The notes under the pieces were generated by a model. It worked only from the letters and a program-made list of their open reading frames with translations, had not been told where the DNA came from and ran no database searches. Shown here piece by piece: positions 1-13,084 of a DNA stretch of 64,000 bases (positions are counted from its first letter, which is position 1; each line of letters opens with the position of its first letter). A program made the translations under genes and the position numbers. Source of the DNA: Octopus sinensis (taxonomy: Eukaryota); assembly GCF_006345805.1 (NCBI RefSeq), contig NW_021835465.1:1-64000 (forward strand). The letters are read 5' to 3'.

Positions 1-86
1 AAACATGAAAATTCTGAAACATTTTACGTTGCGCATCAGAAGCAAAACAACGAATATATTACGTAACAATATCAGAATATTTTTAA

Positions 87-482
87 GGCGGAGGGAAGTT
101 GGCAGAAACGTTAGCACGCCGGGCGAAATGCGTAGCCGTATTTCGTCTGTCGTTACGTTCTGAGTTCAAATACCGCCGAGGTCGATTTTGCCTTTCAACC
201 TTTCGGGGTCGATAATTTAAGTACCAGTTACGCACTGGGGTCAGTGTAATCGAGTTAATCCGTTTGTCTGTCCTTGTTTGTCCTCTCTGTGTTTAGCCCT
301 TTGTGGGTAGTAAAGAAACAGGTATTTCGCCTGTCTTTATGTTCTGAGTTCAAATTCTGCCGAGGTCGACTTTGCCTTTCATCCTTTCGGGGTCTAAAAA
401 TGAAATTCCAGTTGCGTACTGGGGTCGATCTAATCGCCCGCCCCCAAATTTCAGGCCTTGTGCCAAGAGGAGAAAAGAATAT
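87..482 (+). mobile_element. SINE family A dimer: full monomer with tail-1 (87-320) fused to a headless monomer with tail-2 (321-482)
   Basis: A-box-like TGGCAGAAACG, B-box-like GAGTTCAAAT, body GGTCGA(C/T)TTTGCCTTTCA..CTTTCGGGGTC present twice; more than 10 related copies in the window. Confidence 0.9.
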
Positions 483-585
483 TTCTAAATTCAGATTGCC
501 GCCTTAAAATATAGCAAAATATTGCAAATGAATTAAACAACATCGCAAGAGAGAGCAAACATTGTAAAATATTGCAAATTATGTG

Positions 586-917
586 GCTAGGGCAGCGGAC
601 TCGCGGTCGTAGGATCGTGGTTTCGATTCCCACACCGGGCCTTGTGAATATTTATTGAGCGAAAACACGATCTCCGGCAGGGGGTTGGTGGCGAACTCTG
701 CTGTATTCTTTCACCACAACTTTCTCTCACACTTCCTGTTTCTCTTGTACCTGTATTTCAAAGGGCCAACCTGTGTCACACTGAATCTCCCCAACAACTA
801 CATTAAGGGTACACGCGTCTGTGGAGTGCTCAGCCACTTACACGTTAATTTCACCAGCAGGCTGTTCTGTTGATCGGATCAACTGAAACCCTCGTCGTCG
901 CAACCGACGGAGTGCCA
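586..917 (+). mobile_element. SINE family C (tRNA-Arg-like head, GGACTCGCGGTC), slightly 5'-truncated
   Basis: Homologous to 15253-15644 and 45993-46276; B-box GTTTCGATTCCC. Confidence 0.9.
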
Positions 918-1008
918 TGATTGCAAATGATAGTAAAATAGTGGAAAATGCTTTAAAAATATTACAAAATAGACTAAAATCCTGACAACGTAAACCATTG
1001 CAAAATAT

Positions 1009-1160
1009 ATCTTTTATCTTTTATATGTTTCAGTCATTGGAGTACGGCCATGCTACAGCACCGCATTGAAGATATTTTTGTCGAACAAATAAACCCCCGG
1101 TACTTAGGGTTTTAAAAAAAAATCTGGTACTTATTGTGTCAGTCTCTTTTGTTGATAAAC
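1009..1160 (-). mobile_element. SINE family B, diverged 3' fragment
   Basis: Matches the tail GCGGTGCT..AGCATGGCCG..ATGACTGAAACA of the full copies. Confidence 0.7.
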
Positions 1161-1918
1161 AATATTAAAAAAGAGAAATGAAAATATCTCGGCTAAACGT
1201 TAACAAAATTGACGAACATTGCAAAAGATAATTGAACTTTGTAAATCAATGGAAAATATTGAAAAACACGAGAGCAGATGAAAGATGTGGAGACAGACAG
1301 AGAAAAACCGAGCAAGACATTGAAAAATATTTGAAAAGGGTAAAATATTGCACGTAAAAGCAATATGTTGGAAACTATTGCAAAGTATAGCTAACCAGGA
1401 AGAAATATTGTGGCAATCTTTCAGAATAGAAAAAAAAACATAGAAAACAGAAAACTATTGAAAAACATTGAAAAACAATTTTAAATCGTTGAAAATCATT
1501 ATAATGCTTATCAAAACGAGGTAAAACATTGCAAAGCAAAGCAGAGAATATTTGCGAAATATCGCAAAATAGAATGACGTTGCAAAGTGTTGCGAAATAT
1601 TTCAAAACATAATACACAAATACAGTTCTATATTTAAGAGCTGAGGAACTATTTACATTATTTACATTATTTGCATTATTTACATTTGACGGAGATATTG
1701 ATAATTCGGGTATAGCTGATAATGAATGGAAAAATTGAGACCACCTCCTTCCTGTGGGATGAAGTAAAATAACAGACAGAGAACACCACAGCAAAATACG
1801 AGAACTAAAAGAAGCAGCACATAAGCAGACCGAGTGCAGATATGAGTAGCATATGGGATCCGGTATTAAGGAAGGATAGGAAATTATTAGATTTATAATC
1901 CCTAAAATTCACTCCATA

Positions 1919-2731
1919 ATTGCCCATGGGAATATGGCGTAGCGGACTACTAACCCCCAAGATACCGAGTTCGATTCCAAGCAGTGACCTGAATAATAAT
2001 AGTAATCATATCTATAAAAGGGAGGATGTGTGTGCGTGTGTGTGTGTGTACGTTATTGTAATTTATGCACGTCCACAAATTAGCACGCATGTCGCTCAAA
2101 TTTTAGGAGGACATTTGTCAACATCCTATCTGGGCTTTGTCAACTTATTTTTATCCCCGAGGCACCCGCGGATAGGGTAAAAATCTATTTTCAACCATTT
2201 TCAGCCATAGCTTTTAGCCATAACAAATATCAGCCATTGCGTTTTGATGGCGTCTAACAAAAGAATAAGACAAAGAAAAGGGGAAGAAGGAGGCAGAGAG
2301 TTTCATGGGAAAGACAAAGTGAGAGAGGGAGAGAGAGAGAGAGTGACTACGTTCATAAAAAATAAAAGGTAAAATGTTTTGTTTTTTGTTTTTGAAAGGC
2401 ACACTATATTTTATAATCATAGTATATATACTTTCTCACACAACAATTCCAATATATTTATTTTAAATCATTTATTTATTTTAAATCGTTCATCTTTCTC
2501 CCCCCCTCTCTCTCTCACACATTACTTTGGGTGCGAAAGAGTTTTGTTTTTATTTTACGCCGAATAAAAAAGTGCTTTGATGACAATCCATTGATTTAAC
2601 AACAAAGAAACAAAGAGGCGAGTAACAATTTGTCAGTGAATTACACAATATAAATGGGTACAATTTGCGAGGCTTGCCCATATATATTTATATTATATTA
2701 TATATATTTAATATGTATAATATATATATAA

Positions 2732-2776
<45 letters not shown>

Positions 2777-3092
2777 TATATATAATATAATATATAACAC
2801 ATTATATATATATACTAAATAATTCAACGGATTTCGCCCAAATTTAACGTCTATATTACTTAGTTTGGTTTGAAATAAAGAACTTGATTAGCTTAATAAT
2901 CGTAACTTAATCCCGGGCAAGGCCGGGTTATACTGCTAGTAATAATAATATCGAAAAATACGTTAGGAATGAGAACCCAAGGTTCGAAATTTCCCTAAGA
3001 CACCCGATGAAGACTGGAGAGTATATCAGTCAAAACGTTGTGTTAACAACAAACAAGATGAAGACAAATATCCATCAAATTTAAATTATGTA
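1919..3092 (+). mobile_element. SINE family D (tRNA-like head, (AAT)n linker, hammerhead-bearing tail), interrupted by a Helitron
   Basis: Head 1919-1992 and tail 2950-3092 both match the uninterrupted copy at 39601-40004. Confidence 0.85.
2006..2939 (+). mobile_element. Non-autonomous Helitron
   Basis: 5' TC after A (2006, alternatively 2011); 3' hairpin CCCGG-GCAAGG-CCGGG then CTAG followed by T (2936-2940); 3' end shared with 27672-28048. Confidence 0.85.
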
Positions 3093-3355
3093 TAAGACGC
3101 AAACATTGCCAAATATTACGAACCAGAAAGAAGAAACATGAGAAGGGAGAGCAAAAAAAAAAAAACAAAGAGCATAAAATACTTAGGGAAAATGTTGTAA
3201 AGCCTAAGTAATACATTGGAGACTGGCGCAGACATAGCGATGCGGTTCAGAAGCGCATTTTACAAACACATCTTTTCGTAGACGGAACCTACGTGGAAGC
3301 CCGTTATATACATCATACATACATACATACATACATACATACATACATACATTAT

Positions 3356-3421
<66 letters not shown>

Positions 3422-3604
3422 TATATTAAATTAGAGATAAAACCACTATTAGGCAAATCAAACAATGAAAAACTTAAGGCCAATATATAAAATTAATTAA
3501 TTTATATTATTTTAAATATATGTCAAATCTGTTTTTCCCTGTAAGTTTGGATTTATTCCCTAATATTTTATTATTAATTTTATTATATATATATATATAT
3601 ATAG

Positions 3605-3635
<31 letters not shown>

Positions 3636-3704
3636 TATATATACGCATATATATTTATTATTTATTTTAATATTTGATTGAACGCACGCATCCATTTCCA
3701 AGTA

Positions 3705-3767
<63 letters not shown>

Positions 3768-5054
3768 TATATACATATGCATATGCACATATATATATAG
3801 GTATACATATTTATATATACACATTTTTATACATGTATATATGTACATATGCATATATATGCATACGTGTGCGAGGGCTCACATATGCCAGTGAGTGGGT
3901 GTGTATGTGTGTGTATGTGTGTGTATGACATAGACAAAAACGAGATGACACCTGCACACCGACACAATCGGTCAGGTTGCTTTGATGTATGTCAGTAACA
4001 GTACTCACACACAGTGACACACGCACGCACACACACACATATACACACCGATGCACACACGCACACACATTCGTTGCCACACACACACACATACGCATTG
4101 TACTGTCGAGACTAAACATTTCTACTTCTCACACGCTTCGCACACCTCCCCCTTCTTACCTTCTCCTTCTTCCCTCCCCCTCTCCCACTTTCTCTCACCT
4201 CCCCCTCTTCTTCATTCCATTCTATGCATATTTATGCGTAGAACCACATATAAACGCACACGCACACATATCTCCATACCTACACTGTCTACATATGTAT
4301 GTCTGCATGCAAATATGCATGCATATATAACTATATATATTTTTTATGCGCGTGAGTCTATGTGTATACATATATACATACATTACACACACAGGTGTGT
4401 GCATAAACATATATATATCTACACGTATATATATATGTATCAACATTCATACATACATATATACATGCATACATATATACATACATACATACATACATAT
4501 ATATATATATATTATATATATATATAATATATTTATATACATTATATACGCACACATATATATGAATGTGCATATATATATATATATATAATTAGATATA
4601 TACACATATTTTGAGTTCTATTTTCCTGTTTGCATCAACATACCTGTGTATGTATATATATATATATATATATATTTACATATATATATATATACTTACA
4701 TATATACATACATAAATATACATATACACACATACATATATATGTATATATAGCATGTATTATACTTTGGAGCTGTGTACTTTATTATCACTGTTACATG
4801 ACCGAAGACTGGATCTTAGGTCGCACTTACACCCTCTCCTTTGTTAGAGATAATTTTTTCTTTAAATTTTGGTCTTTAAGGCTAAAAACTGAGCTTCATG
4901 TGCATCTCCTTGTTCCCCCTTTATAATGTTTAACGTCGAAGAAAAGATAATACAAATTAATATTATAGTGCACATATTCGTCATTTATATACAGAAGAAC
5001 GTCGGTTTTCGCACAACTCTGGTCGCGAATAAATCATATAACTCATGTATATAT

Positions 5055-5124
<70 letters not shown>

Positions 5125-5182
5125 AACAGACAGACAGAGACAGAGATAGATAGATAGATATAGATATAGATATTGATATAAA

Positions 5183-5362
5183 GGCGCAGGAGTGGCTGTG
5201 TGGTAAGTAGCTTGCTTACCAGCCACATGGTTCCGGCTTCAGTCCCACTGCGTGGTACCTTGGGCAAGTGCATTCTACTATAGCCTCGGGCCAACCAAAG
5301 CCTTGTGGGTGGATTTAGTAGACGGAAACTAAAAGAAGCCTGTCGTTTATATATATATATAT

Positions 5363-5410
<48 letters not shown>

Positions 5411-5633
5411 GTGTGTGTATATGTTTGTGTGTTTGTGTTTGTCCCCCGACATCGCTTGACAACCGATGCTGGACTGTTTACGTTCCCGTAACTTAGCGGT
5501 TCAGCAAAAGAGACCAATAAAATAAGCACTAGGCTTACAAAGAATAAGTCCAGGGGTTGATTTCTTCGACTAAAGCTGGTGCTCCAGCATGGCTGCAGTG
5601 AAATGACTGAAACAAGTAAAAGAGTAAAGAGTA
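5183..5633 (+). mobile_element. SINE family B, full length, with internal (TA)/(TG)n
   Basis: Head GGCGCAGGAGTGGCTGTGTGGTAAG, B-box-like GGTTCCGG.TTCAGTCCC, tail (AAAGAGT)n. Confidence 0.92.
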
Positions 5634-5644
5634 TATTTAAATCA

Positions 5645-5766
5645 ATTCGTGATCAGAGGCGTGCGTGAGCCGAGGTACTACTGTATTAAATGAATATGAG
5701 AAAGACAGGAGATGAAGTACGATTTATTCGTGATCAGAGTCGTTCGAAAACCGAGGTACTACTGTA
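5645..5766. repeat. Two tandem 41-bp units (period 81) resembling pogo/Tigger-type transposon ends
   Basis: ATTCGTGATCAGAG...CCGAGGTACTACTGTA at 5645-5685 and 5726-5766; reverse complement reads TA-CAGTAGTACCTCGG. Confidence 0.45.
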
Positions 5767-5997
5767 ATGTAAGTACTTTTCAAACATCTGAATAACTTTT
5801 AAGCACGCGACGCAACTTAAGGATGACCAATAAATATCAGATGATTATATCACGCAAAATACCTCCAGATTATCAGGTACCTATCTATAAATATCACAAT
5901 AAATAGTGAAACAAGACATAGTAGAATAAATCGTTCTGACTAAGAAAGACAAGGGAAGTTCTGCAATGGGTTTGAAGGCACACCTTGACACTGTCAT

Positions 5998-6063
<66 letters not shown>

Positions 6064-6258
6064 ATATACATACACACACATATATATATATATATAACAC
6101 ATATACACACATACATACACATACACACACATACACCACACACACACATATAATATATATACACATATACATACATATGTACACATATACACACACATAT
6201 ATAAATACACATATACATACATACATACATACACACACACACCACATATATATATATA

Positions 6259-6490
6259 TATTTCTTTACTACCCACAAGGGGTTAAACACAGAGGAGACA
6301 AACAAGGACAGACAAAGGGATTAAGTCGATTACATCGACCCCAGTGCGTAACTGGTACTTTATTTATCGACCCCGGAAGGATGAAAGGCAAAGTCGACCT
6401 CGGCGGAATTTGAATTCGGAACGTAACGGCAGACGAAATATGGCAACGCATTTCACCCGGCGTGCTAACGTTTCTGCCAGCTCGCCGCCT
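6259..6490 (-). mobile_element. SINE family A, tail-1, full length
   Basis: Matches family consensus along its length. Confidence 0.92.
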
Positions 6491-6504
6491 TGTATATATA
6501 TATT

Positions 6505-6745
6505 GTGAGAATTTACAAAAAAAAAAAAAAAAACAACAAAAGACGAAGACGGGTGTGTAAACGACAAACAGATGTATTAGTTTAATGCTGGGGAAGTGAG
6601 AAAGTCTTTTACATTTCGAGCCTACGCTCTTTGACAGAAAGGAACACAGAAATAAACAGAGAGAAAATAGAAAAGGTTTAGTGGCTAGCGACCTATCATG
6701 GCGAATGTCAGACAGAAGGGTCACACAGGAGAGCTAGGAAGAAGT
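6505..6745 (-). mobile_element. Penelope-like pLTR-type repeat with hammerhead motif (6607-6640)
   Basis: Minus strand TTT-CTGTCAA-A-GAGC-gtag-GCTC-GAAA-TG-TA-AAA; related copies at about 33700-33870 and 63945-64000. Confidence 0.65.
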
Positions 6746-7590
6746 ACACACACATACATACACACACACACACACACATAATATATACACACGCACACAC
6801 ACACATCTATAACATATATATATTATGTTAATATATGTTGTGTTACAATATATGTGCTGTTATATATTATGCTACAATAGATATTATGTTGATATGTATT
6901 ATGTTTCCCACTCAGTTTTTAGATTTTAAATACCTCTAGACGAAATGTTTGACTAAAAACTGTGTGGAAAATCTCAGTGTTGTGTTCTTGTGTAAAGATC
7001 CACTACACTCAGGTGAATATGAGTACGAATAGCGCCGGGTTCGAGTAGAGCTGGAGGTTAATCCTACGGAAGCCGTATGTCCTCGAAAATCTGAGTAACT
7101 CGGGCCTCATGAACTTGTAGGTTTGACCTCCTCATCAGACCCTCATGAACCTGCATGTTCGATGTAGAATATGGATATTTACAAATTCTTTCTGAAATAT
7201 TTACTAATTCTTCCTCAAATCCAATCCCTTATTGTTTGACAACAGGGAAAGACAAATCAGAAAATGTTCACATCTGATGTCTCTTGGCCATATGTCTGCT
7301 TGACCAGGTTTAGCCAAAGGAAAAAAAAGACCTCTGACGAGCTAGATCGAAATCTGTCCTTTCCTTTCACCATTTGCCTTCACTCAATATGGTCTATATT
7401 TTTCGGTCAACTGATCCCTTTTTTTTTTCATGTCTACTGATTATTTGGATAATCTCAGTTGTTTGACATTTTCCAACTCACTATATTGCAGAAGGGAAGC
7501 CCTACTGTAGTTACTCCTAGATGGACTGGTCCATCTGAGAACTGGCTGTCTTCGCCCTCGGCAATTCACTGCAGTTGCAACGTTGACATA

Positions 7591-8131
7591 GTTGGAATTT
7601 TGTGACATATGACAAAAATGTAAATACAGAAAAAATGATAACTAAACTGAAATCAGTTATAAGGGTTAAGTTTCCCAAGGAGGTGTATGGTGAAAATGTG
7701 AAAGCAATTTTAATCGACAAGGAAAAATATAGCAAGTTGAAGGGAAAATGTCAAGTTGAACCACCAGGATTCGTGGTGGAGTTCGATGAATACCGCCAGT
7801 AATAGAAGAAATAGAATCATATATAAAAGAGAGAGTTAATTGTTGTTTTTTTTAAAAAAAGGAGGTGGAAAAGGAAAAAAAAAAGAGTAAACAAAATGAT
7901 GCTAATAGTAAAAAATCACCGAAAAAGAGAAATATCATAAACTGGAAGTAAGAACGTTCAAATGGTACCGCATGTAAGTGGGGCGCATGCAGCCATTTCA
8001 TCACTATCGGTTTCATTGTACATTTTTCCATTTTTCATTCGTTTTATGTTTTTTGTCCCCATTGTGGTGCTCTGTCTGTCCTTGCATCGTCCCCATCTGT
8101 GTATGAGCCTGAATGCTCAAATAATGAAGGA
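7591..8131 (+). mobile_element. 5'-truncated LINE 3' end (probably L1/Tx1-type) with 18-bp TSD
   Basis: AGTTGCAACGTTGACATA at 7573-7590 and 8132-8149; short terminal ORF to 7802; 3' end resembles the SINE-A tail and the Tx1-type tails. Confidence 0.7.
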
Positions 8132-8329
8132 AGTTGCAACGTTGACAATAAATAAACCAACAGATTAGTTTTCCAATGGTCACCCCATGGTTGCTTGGAT
8201 TATCACAAGATCGCTACAAAATATAAGTGAGCAACCGTCAGTAGATTCGATACTTGACAACTCTCATCATTCTGAGACAATTCTAGAAGAGTTGCGTTGA
8301 AAGGTTATGAAACTGCCCCAGTGAACTAA

Positions 8330-8510
8330 CCAACTACACAACCACTCGATCCAAACCCCATGTATCTTTGCCTTATCTCATCTCACTGCCCACCACACAC
8401 AGAGTTAACCACTTTATCCAATACACTTCCCAGAATCGTCTTCTCCAGGAATTATCTTCCTACACTCACCGTAGACTTACAGATGTTCAAACGGGAAGCG
8501 TATCACATAT
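8330..8510 (+). mobile_element. Old CR1/L2-like LINE 3' relic
   Basis: Degenerate translation NTLPRIVF..LTVDLQMFK resembles the WNSLP..VFP..YDLQ.FK end of CR1-type ORF2. Confidence 0.35.
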
Positions 8511-9019
8511 CGTACGCAAAACTCTTTCAGTTTAATATCACTACTCAAACAATACATACCGAATAACCATCATCATCATCATCATCAAATGATTTGACTG
8601 GGAGGGGGGTGATTGTGTGGCCCGTACGCAGCACATATTCTGGGGTACAATCGTCAACACAGCGTGTAACACATGACATAGCGTACAGACTACAAAAGCG
8701 TTACCCAATAAAATAGTACAAGACATATTCTTATACAAATGATAGCCGACTCACCAGACCTAAATTGTACACAGATGTCGCCCATTAATAGAATACAATC
8801 TTGTCAGCTCAGACTCTACGCAATCACATAACACTTCACGTCGTCTCATATATAAAAGTCGACACCCAACGAAATAATCCATCTCACATCACACAAATCC
8901 GACACAACAAAAGAATGACTAAAACAACGCTAGGAACAATTAAATAGAGCAGACAAACCCTGAACTAAATCCCTCAAATACACATACACACACATACACA
9001 CGCATGCACACACACACAC

Positions 9020-9061
<42 letters not shown>

Positions 9062-9191
9062 ACACGCACACACACATCTCAGGAACGCGGTGATGCAGTA
9101 GAAAATTGCATAAAATTGCTGAAAACATCATGTTGACGATGGTAATAACGGTGATGATAGTAATAGTAACAACAACAATAATAATAATGAT

Positions 9192-9581
9192 AATCCTTTC
9201 TACTACAGGCACAAAGCCTGAAATGTACGGGGAGGAGGTAAGTCGATCACATCGACCCCAGTGTCTCACTGGTACTTATTTAATCGACCACCGAAAGGGT
9301 GAAAGGCAAAGTCAACCTCGGCGGAATTTGAACTTAGAACGTCGTGGTGGACAAAATACCTATTTCTTTACTACCCACAAGGGGCTAAACACAGAGAGGA
9401 CAAAGAAGGACAGACAAACGGATAAAGTCGATTAGATCAACCCCAGTGCGTAACTGGTACTTATTTAATCGACCCCGAAAGGATGAAAGGCAAAATCGAC
9501 CTCGGCGGAATTTGAACTCAGAACGTCGCGGTGGACAAAATACCGCTAAGCATTGCCGCCGGCGTGCTAACAATTTTGCCA
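9192..9581 (-). mobile_element. SINE family A dimer (tail-1 monomer plus headless tail-2 monomer)
   Basis: Same AAAGAAATA|GGTATTT junction (9360/9361) as the 87-482 copy. Confidence 0.9.
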
Positions 9582-9772
9582 AAGAAGAATTTCTTTTGTC
9601 TGCCACCAGAGTGAATGATGAGAGGGACAAAACAAGGACAGACAAAATGTTTGGGTTTGCATTCATAAAAAACATGGATGTACACACGGTGTGTAATAAA
9701 ACGGAGAATGGGAAAAATGGATGATAGCGTTGTGGTTCTCCGAATACAAGAATGGATAAAATGGATGATAAA

Positions 9773-9948
9773 AGGGATTAAGTCGAGTACATCGACCCAG
9801 TGCATAACTGGTACTTATTCAATCGGCCCCGAAAGGACGAAAGGCAAAATCGACCTCGGCGGAATTTGAACTCAGAACGTAACGGCAGACGAAATACAGC
9901 TAAGCATTTCGCCCTGCGTGCTAACATTTCTGCTTGCTCACCACCCTA
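9773..9948 (-). mobile_element. SINE family A, tail disrupted
   Basis: Head and body match; a tail remnant lies at about 9620-9650. Confidence 0.85.
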
Positions 9949-10019
9949 ATATATATTGCTAAAGTGGAATATTCACCGATCATATTGACCAACTGGTAGA
10001 AGGCTGTAAGCGTCTGACG

Positions 10020-10425
10020 ATACTCTAGGTGCCAGGAGCCCAGTCTTTCCTTCACCCAGTACTGCAGAAATACGTGTCTCACAAACGGAGCCAATACATG
10101 TTTACCGTTTAGAAATCGTTGCAGATGACAACCTGAGAGCGTGTCTGCGCGTCAGAAGCCACTGCATACCTAAGCTGCCATGCAGAGGGTATTGGCAATA
10201 GACTGATCACCTGACCATTGGAACGTGTTCCTTCCACAAGAAAGTAAATAAGAGATTCTCCAGTCTGATCAAACCAGGGCAGGAGACGATGGTCAGGCGA
10301 TAAATAGCGACGGGGCCGATGTAGGCAGCCACCACTTCTGCCCGACCTTTCAGGCACATCTTCTCAGCTCATTTCTGAGTAAGACTGGCCACCCTGTTCG
10401 TCACCTCGACCCAGTTTCTATTCAC
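10020..10425 (-). mobile_element. L1/Tx1-type LINE ORF2 internal relic
   Basis: Degenerate translation KGRAEVVAAYIGPVAIYRLTIVSCP..RLENLLFTFLWK..GSLGMQWLLTRRHALRL; its downstream part resembles 13088-13130. Confidence 0.7.
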
Positions 10426-10589
10426 CTGGGAGTCAGGACCAAGTAAATCAATGTATCGTATTTAGTAAGAAATTATTGCTGTTACTCAGTGAGTACATAA
10501 ATGACAGCACTACCTCGTAGAAAGACGAGCTAACCTTAATACATACCGACAAAGTGTCCAATTTAGGCTTCATAAATCTTGTAAATGCG

Positions 10590-11150
10590 AAATGAAGAAT
10601 GACAAAAACGTTTTGACATATCAGCGTGAAAAAGAAAATATATGCGCTGATATCTTGTCTCGATCTATTCTGTTGAACGAAAATATAATTTTCTTCAAAA
10701 TATTCATGAAGAATTGTGTCATCCAGGTGTGAGCAGACTGTTGCATAATGTAAAGGTAAAAACCTTCAATTTTCTATTAATGATATTCATAAAATCTCTA
10801 ATGCCTGCCGTATTTGCTTCGAAATAAATTTACGTTTTTTTCTTTTCAATTAACACTTGTAAAATCATTTAAGGAAATAGAAATTTTTATAAAGAAATTG
10901 AACGAATCTCATTGAATTTTTGTGAGACATAAACATCAATATCGCGCAACATGCTTTCGTGGCGGCAGTTCATAACTCTTCTCGTTAATCTGTTAATATT
11001 CTCTCAACTAATATTCTGTCTCAACCCCATGGCTGATATCTCAAAAGACTTTTCATTAGAATTCCTGATACAATCCATCGCCATATGATGGCTATTCTTG
11101 TTTAGCTCACTCAAAATGGAACTCTTGGTTTTATCCACATTAATAGAGAA
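10590..11150 (+). mobile_element. Ty3/Gypsy-type LTR retrotransposon pol relic (RNase H end and integrase zinc finger)
   Basis: KENICADILSR, then HEELCHPGVSRLLH../..KNLQFSINDIHKISNACRIC (HHCC motif) with a frameshift. Confidence 0.7.
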
Positions 11151-11639
11151 AGGGGCTTAATTTGTGTCAAGAGAAGGGTAAAATCCTCCAAATCAATAAA
11201 GAACTGTGTAAAGCAGAAACTTTTTCCAAATCATGGAACCACACAGATTTTGGTTTGCAAAGCGTTCATTATACTGCACACGTAAATACGTATATACGTA
11301 TACACACATACATACATACATACATACATACATACATACATACATACATACATGTCTAACGCATACGTACATACATACATATGTATGTACGTCAGACGAA
11401 GGCTAGCAAGCCGAAACTTCGAAGTCCCTGTCACCCCTCTTCTTGTAATAGTATAATAGATATATACTCTACAAAAAGTATTGAGTAATTTTTCGGTTTA
11501 ATGTTAAATTGTTTTTATCGTAACTCGACATAAAAACATACATACATACATACATACATACATACATACATACATACATACATACATACATTCAAGCGTA
11601 CACACACACACATACATAAGTGATCAATTTGTTGAAGTA

Positions 11640-12015
11640 GACGCAGGAATGGCTGCGTGGTAAGTAGCTTGCTTAGCAAGAACATGGTTCCGTTTTCAGT
11701 CCCACTGCGTGACAACTTGGGTGGGTGTCTTCTGGTGTGTTCTTGGGCCGACCAAGGTCTTGTGAATGGATTTGGTAGGCGGAAACTGAAAGAAGCCCGT
11801 CGTGTATATATATGTATGTGTGTATATGTTTGTGTGTGTGTTTGTCCCCTCACCATCGCTTGACAACCGATGCTGGTGTATTTACATGCCCGTCACTTAG
11901 CGGTTCGGCAAAGGAGACCGATAGAATAAGTACTAGGCTTACAATTTGTTCGACTAAAGGCGGTGCTTCAGCATGGTCGCAGTCAAATGACTGAGACAAA
12001 TAAAAGAATAAAAGA
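11640..12015 (+). mobile_element. SINE family B, diverged
   Basis: Matches family consensus. Confidence 0.88.
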
Positions 12016-12569
12016 ACATTGAAATGTATTGAGAAATTCTCTTAAATGCAATCAACAACGGGGAAATTATCCAAAGATAAAGATCTGGGAATTAAGATAA
12101 CCAAGATGTGGGGAGTGGAAAGAGAAATAATTTAATGGTTTCTGTCTTAAGAACCAGGCCAACTTTTGAGGGAAAGGATTTAATCAATACCATCGATCTC
12201 AGTACTTGACGGGGACTTTATGTTATTGGGTCGAAAATGATGGAAGACAAATGTGACTTCGGTGGAATTTGAACTCAGAACGTAAAGTGCTGTGACAATT
12301 AGCACAAAGCAATTTTTCTGATGCTCTAAGAATTTTGCTGGCTTAACAATGATTAGGTGGATTAGGAATGATTAGAATAGACTGCGATGAATACAAGGGC
12401 ACTCAGCACAGAGACAATATCACTGTTAGAAACATATTATGCAGAGTATATACAACACAATGGGAAATCGAAAGCCAAAAGTATAACACAACTGGGAACC
12501 AAGCCTATTCAGAACGGCTCTCAGTTGTGCATTGAAAGTACGCAATAAAAATATAAGTACGTTACCCTA

Positions 12570-13084
<515 letters not shown>

